Source of the DNA: Paramicrosporidium saccamoebae KSL3
Lineage: Eukaryota; Fungi; Cryptomycota
Assembly (NCBI GenBank): GCA_002794465.1
Contig: MTSL01000014.1
Coordinates: 1 to 32,000, forward strand
Direction of reading: 5' to 3'
Length of the DNA stretch: 32,000 nt
Shown here piece by piece: positions 30,143 through 32,000 of the stretch (position 1 is its first letter; the number at the start of each line of letters is the position of its first letter). Position numbers and translations under genes: made by a program. Under the pieces are notes generated by a model. The model saw only the letters and a program-made list of their open reading frames with translations, searched no databases and was not told the origin of the DNA.

Positions 30143-30401
30143 AGAGGGCCCCGATTGCTGATGGAATGTCAGTAGGAGAGAACTCAGATTTTTATAAAGC
30201 GCTCCTTAAGTAATAATAAAAGAATCCCATCCACTTGTAAAACTACATAGTACTGCCCCTATTACACAGCTCCCACTATTTGACAAATTGCATTAGGCTT
30301 AAAGCTAGAAATCTTTGTGCCAGGGCTAAGCTCCCCTCAAGGCCGCAATCTACTCCGTCCCGCCTGCCAGTCTCGTCGCACAACCAGTGACCGCTCATTC
30401 C

Positions 30402-30712
30402 ATGGCTAGTCAAGCAGCTGACTTTCCCTTTGCAACCCATTTAACTTGTCAAAGCTACACACCTTGCAGCAACGGGAACCCCAAAATAGCCGCCTTCAAG
30501 GCCCGTCACAATGGGGCGTTTTACGAATAGCACTGTATCCACATAACCAGCACTTCTCGAAATCTCCTCTGAATGAACTCCAGAGGTTTGAGGATAGTAG
30601 CTACATTTGCTCTGGGGCTTTCCAAGCGTCCACAGTCATACGACGACTACAGACACTTGAAAAACTCCAGCGCAACTCTAATGTCGTGCGGTGGTTGATA
30701 TTGCGTGATTAA
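30402..30712 (+). pseudogene. Possible mitochondrial ribosomal protein bS6 (MRP17-like) with a -1 frameshift at GGGG 30513-30516
   Basis: Joining the ATG-30402 frame to the 30446..30712 frame gives ...HNG-GVLR...Y...FQAS...VVRWLILRD, about 104 aa, with bS6-like motif spacing. Judged from recalled family pattern only. Confidence 0.35.
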
Positions 30713-30949
30713 TTGGGTTCCATGGACTTTGTGAAGCAAGGAAACGCGAGCTTATCTATTATAGTCTCGACGAGTTAGTAATAGTATTCATAAGCGCCTC
30801 GAGCTAGGGCGACGTTCCTTTCATTTTCGGATGGAAGAATTCTCTCTATAAGTATGTACGTAAAAGTTCCTACGTCATAATATAACCCACCCAATGCCCA
30901 ACACCTACTACCCAATGTATCGTATACACCTTGAATTCATGGTTGTTTA

Positions 30950-31522
30950 TTATTCGGCATGCTCGCGATAGTTGGTTGGGTGCAAGGTCTGCTCTTCAAA
31001 CTGCGGACCATAACCATTTGGCATGTCATAGACCGGATCGTGCTTCCAATTAGCCTGATAGCCAGGCGATGGTATTATGGGAATTCTAGATCGCTCATTA
31101 TCCGATAGTAACCGCATCATTATGGTTCCCAAAATTACCACTCCAAAGACTAGACCGAGCATCAGTAGTACTCCTACTGCGTAGATGAACATTTCTGGTG
31201 GCGTCACTGTAGTCTCGCCAAGTTTTACATTGTAGTTGTTCTGAACGACAGCATCACCATGAATCAGTTGTGGTTCTGGTAGTGGCTCATCTTCAGTCAA
31301 TTCTTCGAATTCACTCTCAACAGTCGAATTATCGGATGCATTATCGGATAATGCAGTCTCCTGGATAGCTGATTCAGCACTAGTGGACAGGACCAGTTCA
31401 GTCCCCCGCATAGCTGATGCAGCTTCCAAGGTCCTGGTTACAATTGGAAAATATGGTTCACTGGACCGAGATCTTGCACAAATGGCCAACCCAAATAGCA
31501 ATGGTAATAGAAGCCGGTTCAT
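30950..31522 (-). CDS. Orphan type I membrane protein
   Basis: Signal peptide MNRLLLPLLFGLAICA, Ser/Glu-rich ectodomain, one TM segment (FIYAVGVLLMLGLVFGVVILGTIMM) and a Pro/Tyr-rich tail. Confidence 0.75.
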   Translation of the reverse strand: MNRLLLPLLFGLAICARSRSSEPYFPIVTRTLEAASAMRGTELVLSTSAESAIQETALSDNASDNSTVESEFEELTEDEPLPEPQLIHGDAVVQNNYNVKLGETTVTPPEMFIYAVGVLLMLGLVFGVVILGTIMMRLLSDNERSRIPIIPSPGYQANWKHDPVYDMPNGYGPQFEEQTLHPTNYREHAE

Positions 31523-31647
31523 GAGGACATATGTAACGGCGGGCTTATCAACGAAGATTGGTGCGATGTTTGAGAAGATGTGATTTCATTGGTTCGTTCC
31601 AAAACGACGGACAATTATTGGTTAACGGATATTAGTTGACTCGCTAG

Positions 31648-32000
31648 ATGCCGCCTCGAAAACGCAAAATTGAAGATGTCAAAGCCAACACGGAACCAGT
31701 ACCGACTGTTCCACCTGCTACACCCAAGAACATGAAGGTGACAGAGTTGAGGGAAGCATTGGTAGCCCACGGCCTATCGCCAAAAGGACTCAAGAAGGAG
31801 CTTGTCGACAGGCTGGAAGAATTCCTGGACGTAAAAGTAGCGCCTACGCCTCTTCAGACAGTTGCCACGATTGAATCGCCCCAAGAAACTAGTGCGAAAA
31901 TTGAGCAGAATCCGAAATCACCAACAAGAGCGCGCAGCACCACCAAGAAAGCTATTCTCGAAGAGGAGAATGTTGATTATAGCACAGAGCCCGAGGTTAT
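31648..32000 (+). CDS. SAP-domain nuclear protein, 3'-truncated (not in the ORF track)
   Basis: MPPRKRK (NLS-like) followed by MKVTELREALVAHGLSPKGLKKELVDRLEEFL, a typical SAP motif. The frame is open to the window end. Confidence 0.85.
   Translation, partial: MPPRKRKIEDVKANTEPVPTVPPATPKNMKVTELREALVAHGLSPKGLKKELVDRLEEFLDVKVAPTPLQTVATIESPQETSAKIEQNPKSPTRARSTTKKAILEEENVDYSTEPEV

Noticed and set aside
30312-30430. Minus-strand GGAAAGTC...GCTTA resembling RNase P/MRP conserved regions
   Set aside because: The two segments do not form the P4 pairing, and the span of about 100 nt is too short.

Overview
Gene-dense eukaryotic nuclear DNA of an opisthokont type, with intergenic gaps down to 46-68 bp and 22 inferred spliceosomal introns that are all 29-36 nt long. 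The gene content and architecture suggest an early-diverging fungal-lineage endoparasite such as a rozellid or Paramicrosporidium-like organism; this is inference, not identification. Genes from left to right: three paralogous, probably secreted ankyrin-like repeat proteins; asparaginase-ankyrin (ASPG-like); M1 aminopeptidase; CWF19L1; UPF1; NTF2; an orphan secreted basic protein; Pirh2/RCHY1; MSH5; histone H2A; YME1; a mitochondrial carrier; an animal-type glutamate dehydrogenase; a possible frameshifted bS6m; an orphan type I membrane protein; and a SAP-domain gene running off the right edge. Two things stand out. (1) The SQEY-tailed H2A gene has a canonical metazoan-type histone mRNA 3' stem-loop plus a distal AATAAA, a pathway generally regarded as absent from fungi. 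(2) A family of 130-220 bp non-coding elements with TG...CA termini occurs 5-6 times. It is modular, built from exchangeable cassettes joined at CAAATRC, and one inverted pair brackets a secreted ankyrin gene. All alignments were done by eye and no database search was possible.
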